Program-made: the position numbers and the translations under genes
Notes under the pieces: model-generated
What the model was told of the DNA's origin: nothing
Seen by the model: the letters and a program-made list of their open reading frames with translations, nothing else
Database searches by the model: none
Shown: piece by piece, positions 41,555 to 54,500 of the stretch
Layout: each line of letters starts with the position of its first letter
Position numbering within the stretch: the stretch's first letter is position 1
Source of the DNA: Lingula anatina
Lineage: Eukaryota; Animalia; Brachiopoda
Direction of reading: 5' to 3'
Length of the DNA stretch: 64,000 bases
Assembly: GCA_051362555.1 (NCBI GenBank)
Contig: CM120644.1
Coordinates: 15,150,534 to 15,214,533 of the forward strand

Positions 41555-43242
41555 CAGGCCCGTAGCCAGCAATTTCAAAAGGGGGGTTCTTTTTCTGAAA
41601 AAGTGGACCTTTTCCCATACAGACTTCATGTACCAAGTTAAAATTTAACCCAGAGTGGACCTTTCCCAGCAAAAGGGGCGGTTCTTTCGAACCCCACGAA
41701 CCCCCCCCCCCCCCCCCCTGGCTACGGGCCTGTATCTATAGACAGACATGCACACAGGTTGATACATGTAGCTGTTCCAAAGCTGTGTGACAGAAGCTCT
41801 TCTACACACACTGGACAATAGAAGAGTCACCCCCTGAATCAGAGTAATCAAAGTTATTATGCCTGGTCTACTTATAATGTGACTAATGAGTATAAAACCG
41901 CTGTATCATGGAATTATATTGTTGGTCTTTTTGTGAAATTTGATGTTAAAAAATGATAAAAGGAGCATATTATTCTACAGTCATTTATCTCCCCCAAAGT
42001 ACTGGTTCAGTAGGGGTGACACTTCTATGTCCAGTGTGTGTAACTGCTGAACAAATGAAGCATGAATATGTGGAAATAATGCACTGCTTTTACAGTTTTG
42101 TTTTGAAAAAAGACGTGGCTTTGGCATTTTGTCTTGGAAACGGGAACTATCCGAATTCGATGTTTTAAAGCATCAGTAAGCCCAACCCTCCAACTATTTA
42201 TTCCCTCTGAGAGTCTCGTATATAATCTGTTTACGAGGTCATTACTTCTGGGAGTCTCAATCACTTTAAGGTAGATCGATACGTTAAACTCGCTCGACTT
42301 GGTCAAAACAGTTTTTTCTCGTTTCTTTTTGTGAAATACTCATCTAGATATTAGTGCAATCAAATCAAGCACTTTTAAAGTGCACTTTTTCGTTGTTTTA
42401 TTTACCATCCCTTTTAAGCTCTGCCTCTTTTTATTTTAATTTAATTGCTTTGTAAATTGGTGTAAGATAATGACCGTTTTTTGCCGTAACTCCATAACTA
42501 AATCAAACAGCATCAAGAAAACTGGGATAGTTGACGGCATTTGGGTGAAATACAATCCCGTGCCAGAGTTTGTTTTAATTTTGTCTTGCCTATGAGATAC
42601 GAGTCTCTAATTACGATGTTCCATCAAAGGCTGTCATTCTTTCGCCTACCAGTATTGATTGATACCCCCCCCCCCCCCCCCCAAAAAAAAAAAAAAATCC
42701 TGGCATCAGATTGACCGTAGTTGTTATTGTTGTTATTAATTAGGCGTCAAAACGGTGTTAGTAGCTGTTCAGGTAAGGGAGATCTGCTCGAAATAAAAAA
42801 CAATTTTCAACACAAACACACTGGTGTTACGCCATGAAGCCATCATCTGATATTAGCAAATTCATCCTCATGTATGTTTGATGTGACAGCATTGTGTCAT
42901 AAGATGACATAATCTATTTCTTCATTGCCTTAGGGGAAAAGGAAACAGCTCCTAATATATCGATCTACACTGTACCATAATATGATACTACTACCTTAGC
43001 GTTGTATATGTACTCCTTTAACAACCTCTTTTTTTTCTTAAACAGAGAGAAAATGTATTTGAAAAGCGCAAAGCTGTCACAACGAATCGAATTTTAATTA
43101 TAAACTCCTTTTAAATATGGGAGTAGAAAAAGAAGGTGAATAAGTGAAGGAACAAATTGATAGATGCATGCACCTTTACACTGCAAGGGTTTTGAAATAA
43201 AATTGAAAATGTGAAGGGAAGTTGCTGATGACTGTATGAATC

Positions 43243-43276
<34 letters not shown>

Positions 43277-43536
43277 TCATTTTAAGGAGTAATCTATCTA
43301 TCTATCTATCTATAGACATGCATTCACACAGGTTGATAGCTCTTCCAAAGTTGTGTGACCTATAGGCTCTTCTAACTATTGAATGTGTATGTAATCCGGT
43401 GCCCTCACCACTGAATACTCACCCAGGGGATCCCACTCTTTGGACACATACTGTGGGCAGGGGGAGTACACCGTGGTCCCGGCAGGGGTGTCGTCCCAGC
43501 ATGCCCAGCCGTCCCATGTGCGATAGCAGTAAAGGC
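32137..43536 (-). CDS. CALCR-like: Gene B: calcitonin/CGRP/DH31-type class B1 GPCR, N-terminal exon(s) unresolved. Exons 43536-43423, 41246-41140, 39598-39507, 38256-38130, 37653-37500, 37183-37117, 36518-36455, 36160-36075, 33185-33053, 32718-32677, 32358-32137
   Basis: All GT-AG with consistent phases (about 401 aa from these exons). Motifs closely match the calcitonin-receptor family: [106 protein letters not shown]. Confidence 0.93.
32677..32718 (-). CDS. Gene B 42-nt TM7 exon ([14 protein letters not shown])
   Basis: tttcag acceptor, GAG|GTAATT donor; typical class B1 42-nt exon. Confidence 0.93.
33053..33185 (-). CDS. Gene B exon: TM6/ECL3/TM7 ([22 protein letters not shown]...TSFQ)
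   Basis: ttcag acceptor, CAG|GTAAGC donor, 133 nt. Confidence 0.94.
36075..36160 (-). CDS. Gene B exon: TM5/ICL3 ([29 protein letters not shown])
   Basis: ttcag acceptor, CAG|GTGAGA donor, 86 nt. Confidence 0.93.
36455..36518 (-). CDS. Gene B exon: ECL2/TM5 ([21 protein letters not shown])
   Basis: poly-T tract plus tag acceptor, TTA|GTAAGT donor, 64 nt. Confidence 0.9.
37117..37183 (-). CDS. Gene B exon: TM4 ([14 protein letters not shown]...)
   Basis: ccacag acceptor, GA|GTAAGT donor, 67 nt. Confidence 0.9.
37500..37653 (-). CDS. Gene B exon: TM3/ICL2 (WCQGLH...[15 protein letters not shown]...IGWG)
   Basis: ttttag acceptor, G|GTAGGT donor. Confidence 0.94.
38130..38256 (-). CDS. Gene B exon: ICL1/TM2 ([17 protein letters not shown]...SNP)
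   Basis: ttccag acceptor, CCG|GTGAGA donor. Confidence 0.93.
39445..39501. repeat. (AT)n microsatellite abutting the gene B TM1-exon donor
   Basis: Direct reading. Confidence 0.95.
39507..39598 (-). CDS. Gene B exon: TM1 ([25 protein letters not shown])
   Basis: tttcag acceptor, AA|GTAAGT donor. Confidence 0.93.
40655..40819. mobile_element. Short TIR element CAGGGGCGGAT...ATCCGCCCTG, copy 1
   Basis: Terminal inverted repeat; body highly similar to 54324-54500. Confidence 0.8.
41140..41246 (-). CDS. Gene B exon: ECD ([35 protein letters not shown])
   Basis: ttttag acceptor, ACG|GTAGGC donor, KxCxxxGxW motif. Confidence 0.92.
41555..41732. mobile_element. Short TIR element CAGGCCCGTAGCCAG...CTGGCTACGGGCCTG inside a (TCTA)n tract; similar elements near 39160-39410 and 53870-54013
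   Basis: Perfect 15-bp TIR, poly-G/C interior. Confidence 0.8.
43423..43536 (-). CDS. Gene B exon: ECD ([37 protein letters not shown])
   Basis: ttttag acceptor, G|GTGAGT donor, very close to the calcitonin-receptor [17 protein letters not shown] motif. Confidence 0.94.
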
Positions 43537-45333
43537 CTAAAATTTAAAAAAATCATACATATGTACAAATGTATACTATATAAAATATGTATCTCGGTCT
43601 TAGTGCACGAAAACCATGCAACCACTTTTAAAGCAGAAATGTCATTGTTCGATGTTTTATTCAATTCACCACCCCACGCGCTTGCCCCCGTTTTTTGTCA
43701 ATTCAACTGATTTGTAAATTGGTACAATATAGTAATAACTATTACTACAATATAACTATATACTATAACTATTATAAATACTAATAAGTCAAACATGTAA
43801 ATGTAAAAGGACGTGCATGCATGACAAATAAAATGGAAGCTTTTGCATTATACATAGGAAGTTGATACTCTATGTGACATATATCACAATATTTTTGAGT
43901 CCTCATTCTCAATTTCTTCATGTATCTTGTAATTAGTATAATGAGGATATAAATGAAGCTGAATTCATGTTAGGCTTTGCTCCCAGTGTCTCAGATTCAC
44001 GTCGAGGCGGGGAGACCATCAGGGAAATTAGCGGCATCGTTTTTGAAGTGGGGTCGGCCATATTGAGTCTGCGGATCAGTTAGTCCGCGGATCATCTGTT
44101 CTGAATGCGCTCTAATTAATCAAGTGACATATCAAGGCAATTTTGATCCAGGATTGATGTGAATTGTAATAAAGTTTAGCATGAACACCCTGGTAAGGAC
44201 AACCCAAGTTCATTGATCAGTGCAGAAGTTTTCTCGGTCGTCCCTGAAGATGTTGCCTGAGAAGGGCACCATTCACTACCCAGAGGAAAGCCAAAAGCTC
44301 ACCCATTGTTTGCTTAAGTAAATGGTGTTAGCCCAATTTTAGTCCTAAAATAAATCTAAGACTACAGAATATATCTCTTGAGTCCGAATGAGACCGAAGA
44401 TAAATCAGTAGAAAAACAAAAGTATGAAATACCGCGTCTTGTTTAAGATAAAAGATAAAAATTAGTGACTCATGATTTAGACTAATCATTATTTTTACTT
44501 TATTGAAAAGTTGCACTACAATGTATGAACGTTTCTTAAACAAAAGTACACCACATTTTGAACTTAAAAAAGGTAAGACCAGTTCGTGGCCATGGGGAAT
44601 GTGTCTTATTTTTCTCTGAAGCTGGCGCGCAGCAATCATCAAAATAAAGAACCCAATACGTACTTTTATACATGTATCTTAAAACCATTCATAGTCGCCT
44701 CCTTTTCCCTCGGTTATTACAATAGTAATTGGAATCGAAAATTTTGACGGCGTTGCGCGAGCAGTTTTCGATTTTTATTACATTTTTAACATCGGCTAAA
44801 GTGATAAAATGGATGTATCATTTGAGATGTAAAGGAGAGACGGTTTTTCCTTTTTAAAAGAAGAATATGGATTATAGTTGGGAGATATTACACACCCAAT
44901 CCAATTACGCCCAAATAAGACAAGTGTTGCAGTTATTGACAAGAGTTATCCCAAGTTTATCCTGTTATTCCTTGTTATCATACTCTTATGATCAATTTCC
45001 TGTTAGATCATATGTGAAACGCACATTCATCGTCATGATATCTTACCGGCTTTAGAAATTAAACTTCAACCTGGCGCGTAGGAAGCTTAATGTAAGTGTG
45101 AGGGAGTGTGTGTAGGGTGGGCGATGGTGGTGGGGGGGGGGGGGGGAGGGGGCAGCTGAAAACTTACAAACAAATAAATGAATAAATAAATAAATGATGG
45201 TAATAACAGTGTTCGGTAGATGGAATATTCCCTTCAACTAACCCTGCCCACTTCTTGCTCTTTTGCCTGACGTGATTGAAACAAAAAAAAAAAAAAAGGG
45301 GGGGGGGGGCGCTTTCCCACACCAACGATATTA

Positions 45334-45502
45334 GGCCCCATTCACAATACGACTAGTCCGAGGACCAAATATGGCGGACCCACTTGAATATTTCCCAAAG
45401 GGATATCTATCCAGTGTCTGTTAGCGGATTAGGCGGCAAGCTTTGTATTGGGTCGCCAAATTTGACCCTCGGACTAGTTACTCCCCTATTCTGAATGGGG
45501 CC
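45334..45502. mobile_element. MITE (PIF/Harbinger/Tourist-like), family 1
   Basis: TIR GGCCCCATTCA...TGAATGGGGCC, internal inverted repeat (actagtccgagg / cctcggactagt), TTA on both flanks. Confidence 0.85.
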
Positions 45503-48500
45503 TTAGACTTCGTACACATTCGAAAGACGGAGAGGAACATGCTGTCTTGGTACGCTTGAACTCGTTTTAATAGCCAAAAGCACAATTAGGCCTTTAAGCA
45601 CCAAATCAAGCCGCATAGTTTGCTTATAAACACATGTAAAGTTAATTAATTGCGGTTAAGAAATGTAATCGTTAGCTGAAACTGCACACTGCGTACTTAA
45701 AAATTTGCTGAAATGTTCATGATTTAACGAAAGAGATCCACTTAACGGCAATTACTTTTGAAGTGCTGTAACATTACTCATCGCAATAACGGGCAAAATG
45801 AAACATCGATTCATTAAGTCCGGCATTTAAAGTTTATAGATATCAACCCTGATGAGATGCCAGAGGCCCGGCTGGATTAAACATGTGCATGGGGCAGAAA
45901 AATTAACTGGCGGCATTTCTTTTTCAAATTCCATGCAATTTTCTCGTACATCATTAACTTAATGTAGAAGCGAATAGATGCACGTAACGTTTATTTAGAA
46001 AATCTGTAGAGTGCCTGAGTTTGAACCACCCGAAATTGTATTTTCCGAAATTAAATTGATTTGGGCACAGATCTTATTGTGCGAGAGATTCAGAAGCCAA
46101 GCAATAAAATTTTTCTTGAAAAAATAAACCTCTTTCTTTTAATCACTATGACCAAAATTGTTCATAGAATTACGAACCATATATTACAAGAAAACTTTCT
46201 TTACGTTTGAGTTTCTGACATTTTGGGGGAGGAGGTCAATTGGTGCCTGTAACGAAGCAATCGTTATTTCCTTGTCGAGTTTCTGTGACTTGGTCAACCT
46301 ACCATATTCTTTTCTTATTGAACATGTATGTCCTTTTAACATATAAGACAGATCCGCCTACGAGTCCCTTATGAAATCTGACTACAACACATGGCATGCA
46401 CGTTATCCATAGAGTCAGGGTAATCTAATTGCATTTTCCACATACTGAGATTGACGTTTTCCTAGAACCATCCAAGATTGTTTAGAAAGTTTTCCTCGGT
46501 CAGTGATTTTGATTTTGATTGGTTTCGTCTCCGTTATGAGCTTTCAATTATATAGTAAGCTCCTACTATATAATATATACCGGTACTAAAAGCTGTAGGA
46601 GGCACTGGGTTCACGATGACCAATTTATCGCGAATTAGGATCTTGATGGAAGTCTGTGATTAAACGTCACCTATACTTGTCCTTTGTTGAAGGCAAGTAA
46701 GTGCAAGTGTAATTACAACAGAAAGTTGAAAATTGACCCATTCTTTAAATATGCTTTGAATATGCGTTGAGGTCGAGACCTCAATTTCGAAGGCTTTGCG
46801 TCAATCCACGACCAGGTTAAACTATATGCAATGGTAGAATTAAAAAAAAATTGTGTTCGGGTTTTGTCCAGTTTCACTAGCTATACGGTTATTTGAGGGG
46901 GAGCAGGGGGAAAGGGGGTGAACCAAAGACGGTAAGGGGGCGGGCTTGAGGGAAGTACTCGCTTGGCACCCTCTTTTAAAGGACCAACCACTAAAAACAC
47001 CTTTAAAAATATCAACTCATCTCGTTGCTGTTGAAACAATATATATATATATACTCGCATTTTTGGTTTAACTTGTATGGACGGCTAAATATAGTCCACT
47101 TCGTCGAAATTGGTATAAGGGGTTCTATAAGATAGTTCAGAGAGGGGAAGAACTAAGTAGTCAAACCCGCCTCCTCCATACATACACGTACATACATGCA
47201 TGTATATAGATGCATACGCAATTTTTGGATCTAGAAGGTCGGTCGCAAGCGACAAAATCAGGGATTTGGACAACGAGTATACCCCAGGACTATTTTAGGG
47301 TCACCCCATTCCCCTGAACCTTTAAAAGTGCATCGCCGTGACCAAAAATGGAATTTGATTCGATCATTCTTTTATTTCTAGAAGAAAAGTGTATAATCAA
47401 CTGGAAATGGGAGGTTTGGGTTTGAAGCCGAGGAGAAATCTGGGAAAATTGACAAGACTGAACTCTCGACGACAAGACAACTTCATACATTGATGGTCAA
47501 AGCACAATAGATTGCAGACTATACCTCTTAGTTTGCAAACCAGACGGTACACGCGTATCAATTCCTTAATCGCAATCGCATGCAAAACACGTGTAATTCA
47601 GTTTGACGTTTTTATGTTGTCTTATGTTATTTCATTTTTCTTTTGACTCTTGATACTTGCCCAAATCAAGTTACAGCCTCAGGGAATGATATTTCAATCA
47701 AAACCACATATTGCACAATATTTGATAAGTGAGCTTGCATGAGATGCAATAATCGGTCATTTGGGATATTCCAAGGTAACTTACAAAAAAGGAAAAAAAT
47801 AGGACTAAGTACGTATCTAAAGCCCCTATTACATCAGGCTTTTATACAGTTTGGGGAATCAACTTAACCAACTGTCATCATCATTCAAGTTGAGGCAATG
47901 ACATTTTACCAGAATTCAACGTCAAACCATGCATCGCCGTTCATAAACTTCAAATATCTCAGTCTTATCTTTTGTGACATTTTCGTGGGTGTGGGGCAAT
48001 AATAGTTTCCCTAGCCTCGTGTTTTATAAGGGCTAATATTTCAGAATTTCACGTAAGTCGCAATTCGTTACTTTTTGCAACAAATAACACTGTCTATGAT
48101 TATATTATGTGTCTATCATACAATTAACAATGGATTAAACCTGACGCATTTCCTCGGTCAAAAGAAATTTATCACGCTCAGGATATACGCATGACATTTA
48201 TGCCTCTTCTAACCAACGGGCATCCAGGCAGGCACAGCGTTTGGCTCGGAACTTGGGACAATATTGAAAGGAATACACACAAAGTGCAAAATATGAAATG
48301 CCATCAGAAACATGAATTACATGAGTGAACATATGTTTACATCAAAGTCGTTAAAAGTTCTGAGGTGGTGTATTTATAAGCGTCTTTCTTCGTCCCATAT
48401 CATTACATATCAAAAACAGTACATTTGCACCCGAAAGACCTCGCATTGCGATATAACTTTACGGTACACTGCCTATATTTGTTAACTGATACTTAAGTTA

Positions 48501-49944
48501 TCAATCTGTTTTTTTTTTTTTTTTTTTTTTTTTTGTCTTTTCTCTCATTTATCTACTCCTTCCAAGTACCTTATTGCGATTTTATTCCCATTTCCTTTTC
48601 TGATTTTTTCTCGCTATTTCTCATTTTTATCCATTCATTAATTTTTTATTCAAATCTCTGTCTATTAGCGCTGAATACATCATATAGTTATGACATCGTG
48701 TCCCGAACTGGAGACATGACATGTTACAATGTCGATGTCCTTAAAACGTGACAGTGGCGTACATCTTGATAGCGTTTTCCATTATATAAGCTAGTGGAAC
48801 CCATGCCAGTAAACCACCCTAGAGACAGGAGACCCATCAACACGATACCAACTTAATCTGCACTATAGACCTGATTTAAGTGTATCATGGCTGCTTTTGG
48901 TTGACCTTTTCCCGAAGTCATTCAGAATACAATTTACTTTCCAATTGACAGCTCATCTGAGCGGGGACTAATTTTCGAATATATACGCGGTTCTTTTTTT
49001 TTTTTTTTTTTTCTCGATGATCTGCACATTGGGATATTAGCAGTTGAATGTGAAGAAGCTTGTCTAACAATCCTGTATGTTGTGAAACCGTTAAACGCCA
49101 ATGTGATGAAAATCCAGTTTTGCATTTGAGGTGACACTACACGTGTATGTAACCACACGTATAAGTAATGGCAAGAAGGCACAAAAAGGGGCATTTCAAA
49201 AAAAATTTTTTTTTTTTTTTTGAAGTTGATCGGATTAACATTTCAGAAACCAGACATTTGGAGTTTAACTGGATCTAACTGTCATGTTGTTGTTTATTGA
49301 TTTCAAAACACATTTTTGAAAGATTGGCCTTTCCGAATTTCTATTAAGATGCTGTTCCTTAATTATTCGAATGGATTTGTCATTAAATTGAGTGTATTTA
49401 GAAATTCATGTACTCGTGACACATATTGCAGTATGCAGCATGAATGTGACGGGTATGTGCACATTTGAATCACAAATATAATATCCTTGACGTTCCCAGT
49501 ATCTCCATATCACGGAATCAATCAATGTATTATTCTATTATTCTGTAACAATTGCAGAGCTGGTTCTGTTGATAGCGTGGTCTCAGAAAATTTTATTAGT
49601 TGAGGTTTTCTACCACGTAGGAATAATCATATCCTATAATGTTTGTTTAAATTGAGCTATATCCTGTAAAATTCATTTGCCGGTTATTTTTTCTCATATT
49701 TTCGCTCACTAATTGGCGGCCATCTTGAAAAATGCTCAGTGTCTCAGACGTAGCAACCAAGTTAATTTTAATTGTCATAGGGAATGCACTACTGTAAATG
49801 AAATAATAAAGTGAAGTGAAAAAAGGAAAGAAAGAAAGAAAAATAGAAACGAAGAAAGAAAAACTGTCAGGATTGGCATTTTGACAACTGGACTGCATGT
49901 ATAATGGTATTGAAGAATTGACAGAACGTCTTCTATACACTTAC

Positions 49945-50101
49945 GGACGGTGAATACGTTGAAGCTGCGGAGATTCTCTGCATGCAGTAGATTTCAGCCG
50001 TACGTGCAAATAATTCAACAAGGATGATAACTCATCAGACATGATTTTAATTAAACATTGGTTATTTCGCCGTGAACTAGCTTTTACACCATTAAAGGTT
50101 T
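49945..50101 (-). other. Candidate 5' exon of gene B (one frame reads AEIYCMQRISAASTYSPS)
   Basis: ttttag acceptor and CC|GTAAGT donor; Cys spacing fits ECD Cys1, but frame and phase do not join cleanly. Confidence 0.35.
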
Positions 50102-51213
50102 CTAAAATGCTGCAATGTTGGAGACCAATATCTTCAATCATACTTGAGTGAATTGCAGTTTATAAACGTGCATGCACGTATCACACCCACACTTTTTTTA
50201 CCTGGGACCAGGTAAAATGGTATATTTTACCTTTGAAACTTACAGTTAGCGTGAAAAGGTGAAATTTTAAGGTTCTCATTTCCAGCTGAAATAACACTGG
50301 ATCATTGACACCTCATTTAAAACTCCAACTGAGTAACCTTTATAAATGCGCCTGTAAGAGTTACACGTAATCGGCATATGTATGTATCTAAAACATCAAA
50401 TACCTCCAACTTTTTACAAAGCATGAGGGGATCTTTCATTTAGTTGAACAACTTAATTACAGTAAGTCAATAAATCATTTTTCAAGCTTGACCGATTTGT
50501 ATAATTTAACTCATTTTGCCACAACCGTCACTGTTTTAAAAACACAGGAAAATGACATTGAAATCGGACAGCGTCACAACTTTGAAATCTGACACAAACA
50601 AGTTTTGCGTGCATTTTCTGTATCGATAGATAACAGCATATTTATCATTTCTGATTGGATAGACCTTCCTAAAAACATCCTTAATTTCATTACGTTGGCA
50701 GGGCAGTCAAAAATGCTGATCTAATCATAGACATGGGATTGCAATAATGGAAATAATCTGGCGGTATCTTGTGAATGGGGAAAATTATTGTTGAATGTGG
50801 AATAAAAAACATAGTTCCAAGTGATATGGGACGAAGATAACTTTGATAGGGGAATTTTCGATTGACTTGAGTGCATGCGTAACCTCTATTCGCGATACAT
50901 GTCAGACATTTTATGGCGCTCTTTGACTTTTGAAGTCAGCAGCATGGGTCGAACTTCCGGTCGATGAATGGGCGATATCTTTTTATAAACATGAACCGTG
51001 ACAAGCCTGTCATTATTATAGTGATGTATCGAACCTAGGAAGACGTTAAATTAACAAGAAGCACGTGTATCACGTCACCATAAAACGCGTTAATTTGCCG
51101 TGCTGTTCAATTAATTAAGTGTCTAGCGGCGAAATTCCTGTTCAGCTGTGTCGTTTTAAAAGACATCATCCGAGATAAGCCCAAGTCTCGAAAATTTGCG
51201 TAAAATCACGCGA

Positions 51214-51274
<61 letters not shown>

Positions 51275-52128
51275 TTTATCTATTTATTTTTATTATTTAT
51301 TTATTTTTTTTTAATTTTGAAATTGCAGATTTTGGAGGAAAGTGGGCTGTAAACAGACAAGTGGCAGGGTATATATTATGAACGAATGTATTTTATTTTT
51401 TTGATTGCAGCAATTTCATAAGCTGAATGGTCGAAATCTGTCAGTCTATATAACCTGACCTAAAGTGATTCTAAATTTGAACCAGTGTGACTGTACACGT
51501 ACCCCCCTTGATTTAAGATCTAGCCATTTTTATTATTTTGTAAAGTGAAGCCAATTTATCGGATGGAGACTGAACTAGACTAGTAGTATTACCGGTAGCG
51601 TGGCACATGTATCAACGACCTCTTCTGCTCGGTTGATGGAGAGAATGAGCCCAGTTAACCGGTTTGATGGTGTATTTGAGTATGAACGAATGTAATAGCT
51701 ATTTTTCTAAAGCAAGTTTTCGAATTTGTTTACTAGTATGTGAACGATTAGGCATTTACAGGTTGCGTTGCTAGATAAAAAGAGTCCCAATTTCCATTGA
51801 AATCCGATCAAAAGACGTGACCTTCGCGCGCTGACATTTGGCCACTGAATTTAAACCAGTAAATTGACAGTAAAAGGATGTGAGCAATTTATCCCCACAA
51901 AACCGGATGTGAGCGGTATTAAAGGACAATCGAATCCTAAAAGAAGAGCCTCTGTGATTTCCTATCAGTCATTTACCATTCACCACAGTGTATAAAGACA
52001 AGCAGAAATGTATGCATGCTTTATTTGATTTTTTGTATGGATCAACTTGATTTACAACACAAGATGAATACAAGAGAGAGTTTTTTTATATATTTATTTA
52101 TCCTTTATTTATTGTGTTTCTATTATTA

Positions 52129-52176
<48 letters not shown>

Positions 52177-52296
52177 TTTCAGCTTGGGGTGGGGGTGCCT
52201 TAAAAAGTCCCCATAGTCGCACTCTGCAATCACCACAACATGTAAATATTAGTGTTGCATTGTCTGTAGCCCATGACTAGGAACTAACCATACCTA

Positions 52297-52468
52297 GGCC
52301 CCATTCAGAATAGGGGTCTTACTAGTCCGAGGGTCAAATATGGCGACCCACTAGAAAGCTTGCTTTCTAATCCGCTAGTAGCCACTGAATAGATATCCCG
52401 TGGGGAAGTATTCAAGTGGGTCGGCCATATTTGACCCTCGGACTAGTTAGACCCCTATTCTGAACGCA
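52297..52468. mobile_element. MITE family 1, inverted relative to the 45334 copy
   Basis: ttcagaatagggg..actagtccgagggtcaaatatggc mirrored at the other end; core homologous to the 45334 copy. Confidence 0.85.
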
Positions 52469-53339
52469 TCGTGCTGAGTCATTTGCAGCCGCAGGTGCAC
52501 CATGGTTGTGAGACGCAAAATGCATCGAGACGTCGTTCCCAGACTTATAATTGGATGTGATTTATTATTTACAACGGGACTCGGAAAAAATACATTTTGT
52601 ATACGGAAAAAATACATTTTGTATTTTTTGTCGGGAAGTAGTTTTTAGATAATCTAGCCTCCAAATGTCACCGGCATTTTCTATGCATTGTTTATGAACC
52701 GAGTTTCACCTTTGAAATTAGTGTAGATCAGAATAGGTTTTTGTTTGCCGGCAAGGAGTAACCTCGGAATTGATGAACATGCTTTCTGATTAACAGTTTC
52801 TTATCAGGCAGATTCCTTCTTCTCCAAACGTCCTTAGATATTGATTTGGCTGCCGTTTTTTTTTTTTTTTTCTTTCAGCAACCTTTTACTACAACATAGT
52901 TACTGTAAGTACAAAATTCATCAAAATTTCATCGTATTGTTTTACTTCGAAAAACAAAACGAAAAGACAATAATTCACATATTTATATATACATCATTGC
53001 GCCAGTTTGAGTGTTGCTTATTCCAGAGGTGAAAATAGCATTTCGATATCCAAATATACTGGTACATGTATACTGAACTCACAATTATAGACAAATTAAG
53101 AGCTCATTCAGGACAGCGGACTAACATATCCGCGGATCAAATATGGCTACACATGCTTGAAAGCGTGCCGAGATTTAACTGTTCTGAAGCCCCCGCTGGG
53201 GTGGTGCATGTGGGAGGCGGGAATCCATTGTCAAGTGCGAGCCATATTTGATATATCGGATATAATTCCCTGGATAGACACACCGTGCATTGTTAAATAG
53301 ACACATAGATAGACGCATTGTTGTTTATGCTCTCTGTAA

Positions 53340-53615
53340 GACCCCGTTCAGATAGACACATCGTACAAGTTGGGTATGTCCAATTCTGCGGGGGTGTGGT
53401 TCTCGCCTAGTGCAGTCAGTGGAATCAGCTTTTTCATTGCTTGACGCGTATCCTTGAGCAGGGGTACTTAAGCCCAGCGCACACGAAAATTAATTACCTA
53501 TTCCTCCTAGCTGTTCAAGTAGGCTTGTCATTCAGTTCAGCCGTTTGCACTCAGCGAGAGCCCTCGCAGAATTGGACCGACCCAACTAGTGCGATGGTAC
53601 TATCTGAATGCCCCC
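53340..53615. mobile_element. Palindromic MITE (partial relative near 19970-20040)
   Basis: ttcagatag..catcg..agttggg..tccaattctgcg mirrored by cgcagaattgga..cccaact..cgatg..ctatctgaa. Confidence 0.7.
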
Positions 53616-54323
53616 ATAAATCTCAGCAGGTTGGCCCTGATTGGGCCAATCAGCACGTAGGCTTTCTTTACCCAGCCCTGTAGGAACCAATAGTTAGGAA
53701 CCATAACGGGCTCTGCAGCTAGGTAATTTAGAGAGTTTCCGGTGCAGTTGGGATACGACGGCAAGATTGTTACGTATGTGCTAATGTATCCAGTAACGCG
53801 CTTCTCTCTTCGCGTTCCGGTAATGTCCCGGAATGCTGGCGCTCATTCCAATATAATAATAACAATATACGGCCCCGTAGCCATCTATTTCCAAGGGGGG
53901 GGGGGATTCTTTTTTATGAAAAAGGAGACAAATATTACCCAAAAGTGCAATTTTTCCCGACAAAAATGGCAGTTCGTAAGAACCCCACGATCAGCCCCCC
54001 GACTACGTGCCTGATAAACCAAAACTAGCGGCTCCTCTCTGTTAAAAAGTTGAAATTTGCATGAACATATAAATTAGCAAACATAACCTTTAATAACTAT
54101 TTTCAATAATCTTCCGCACTGGCTAGATAGGAGCGCTTGTATTCCGCAGACTAGATGGGATGACGGTATATGAATGCGGTGAACGTCACAAGTGCGCACA
54201 AACCGATGACGTATTAATCTAGCCGGCGTATCTCACCGGCAACGGAAACTCTCATGCTCGGGCCTAAAGATCCCAATAGAGTTGCCACAAAATGGGCCAG
54301 GTTGTGGGTACATGTAGCAGTAT

Positions 54324-54500
54324 GGGCGGATTTAGGCCGTCTTCTGGTTCTTCCGGAAGACGGTCAGAATTTCAAGTCTTTTCAAGATTTTATATAGACG
54401 GGTATCTAACTTTTTCTGTCGGAAGACGGTCAAAAATGAGGATGGATCAACAAAGATAATTTGGAAGACTGTCAGAAAATATCTCAGGATCCGCCCCCTG
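54324..54500. mobile_element. Short TIR element, copy 2
   Basis: gggcggatttaggccgtcttctgg...gaagacggtca...ggatccgccc shared with the 40655 copy. Confidence 0.8.

Noticed and set aside
44303-44344. AG..GT-bounded 42-nt minus-strand segment
   Set aside because: Stops in all three frames; cannot be a coding exon.
45840-45960. Minus-strand frame NDVRENCMEFEKEMPP as the missing Cys1 exon of gene B
   Set aside because: No convincing phase-1 donor and only a weak acceptor; kept as a distant alternative.
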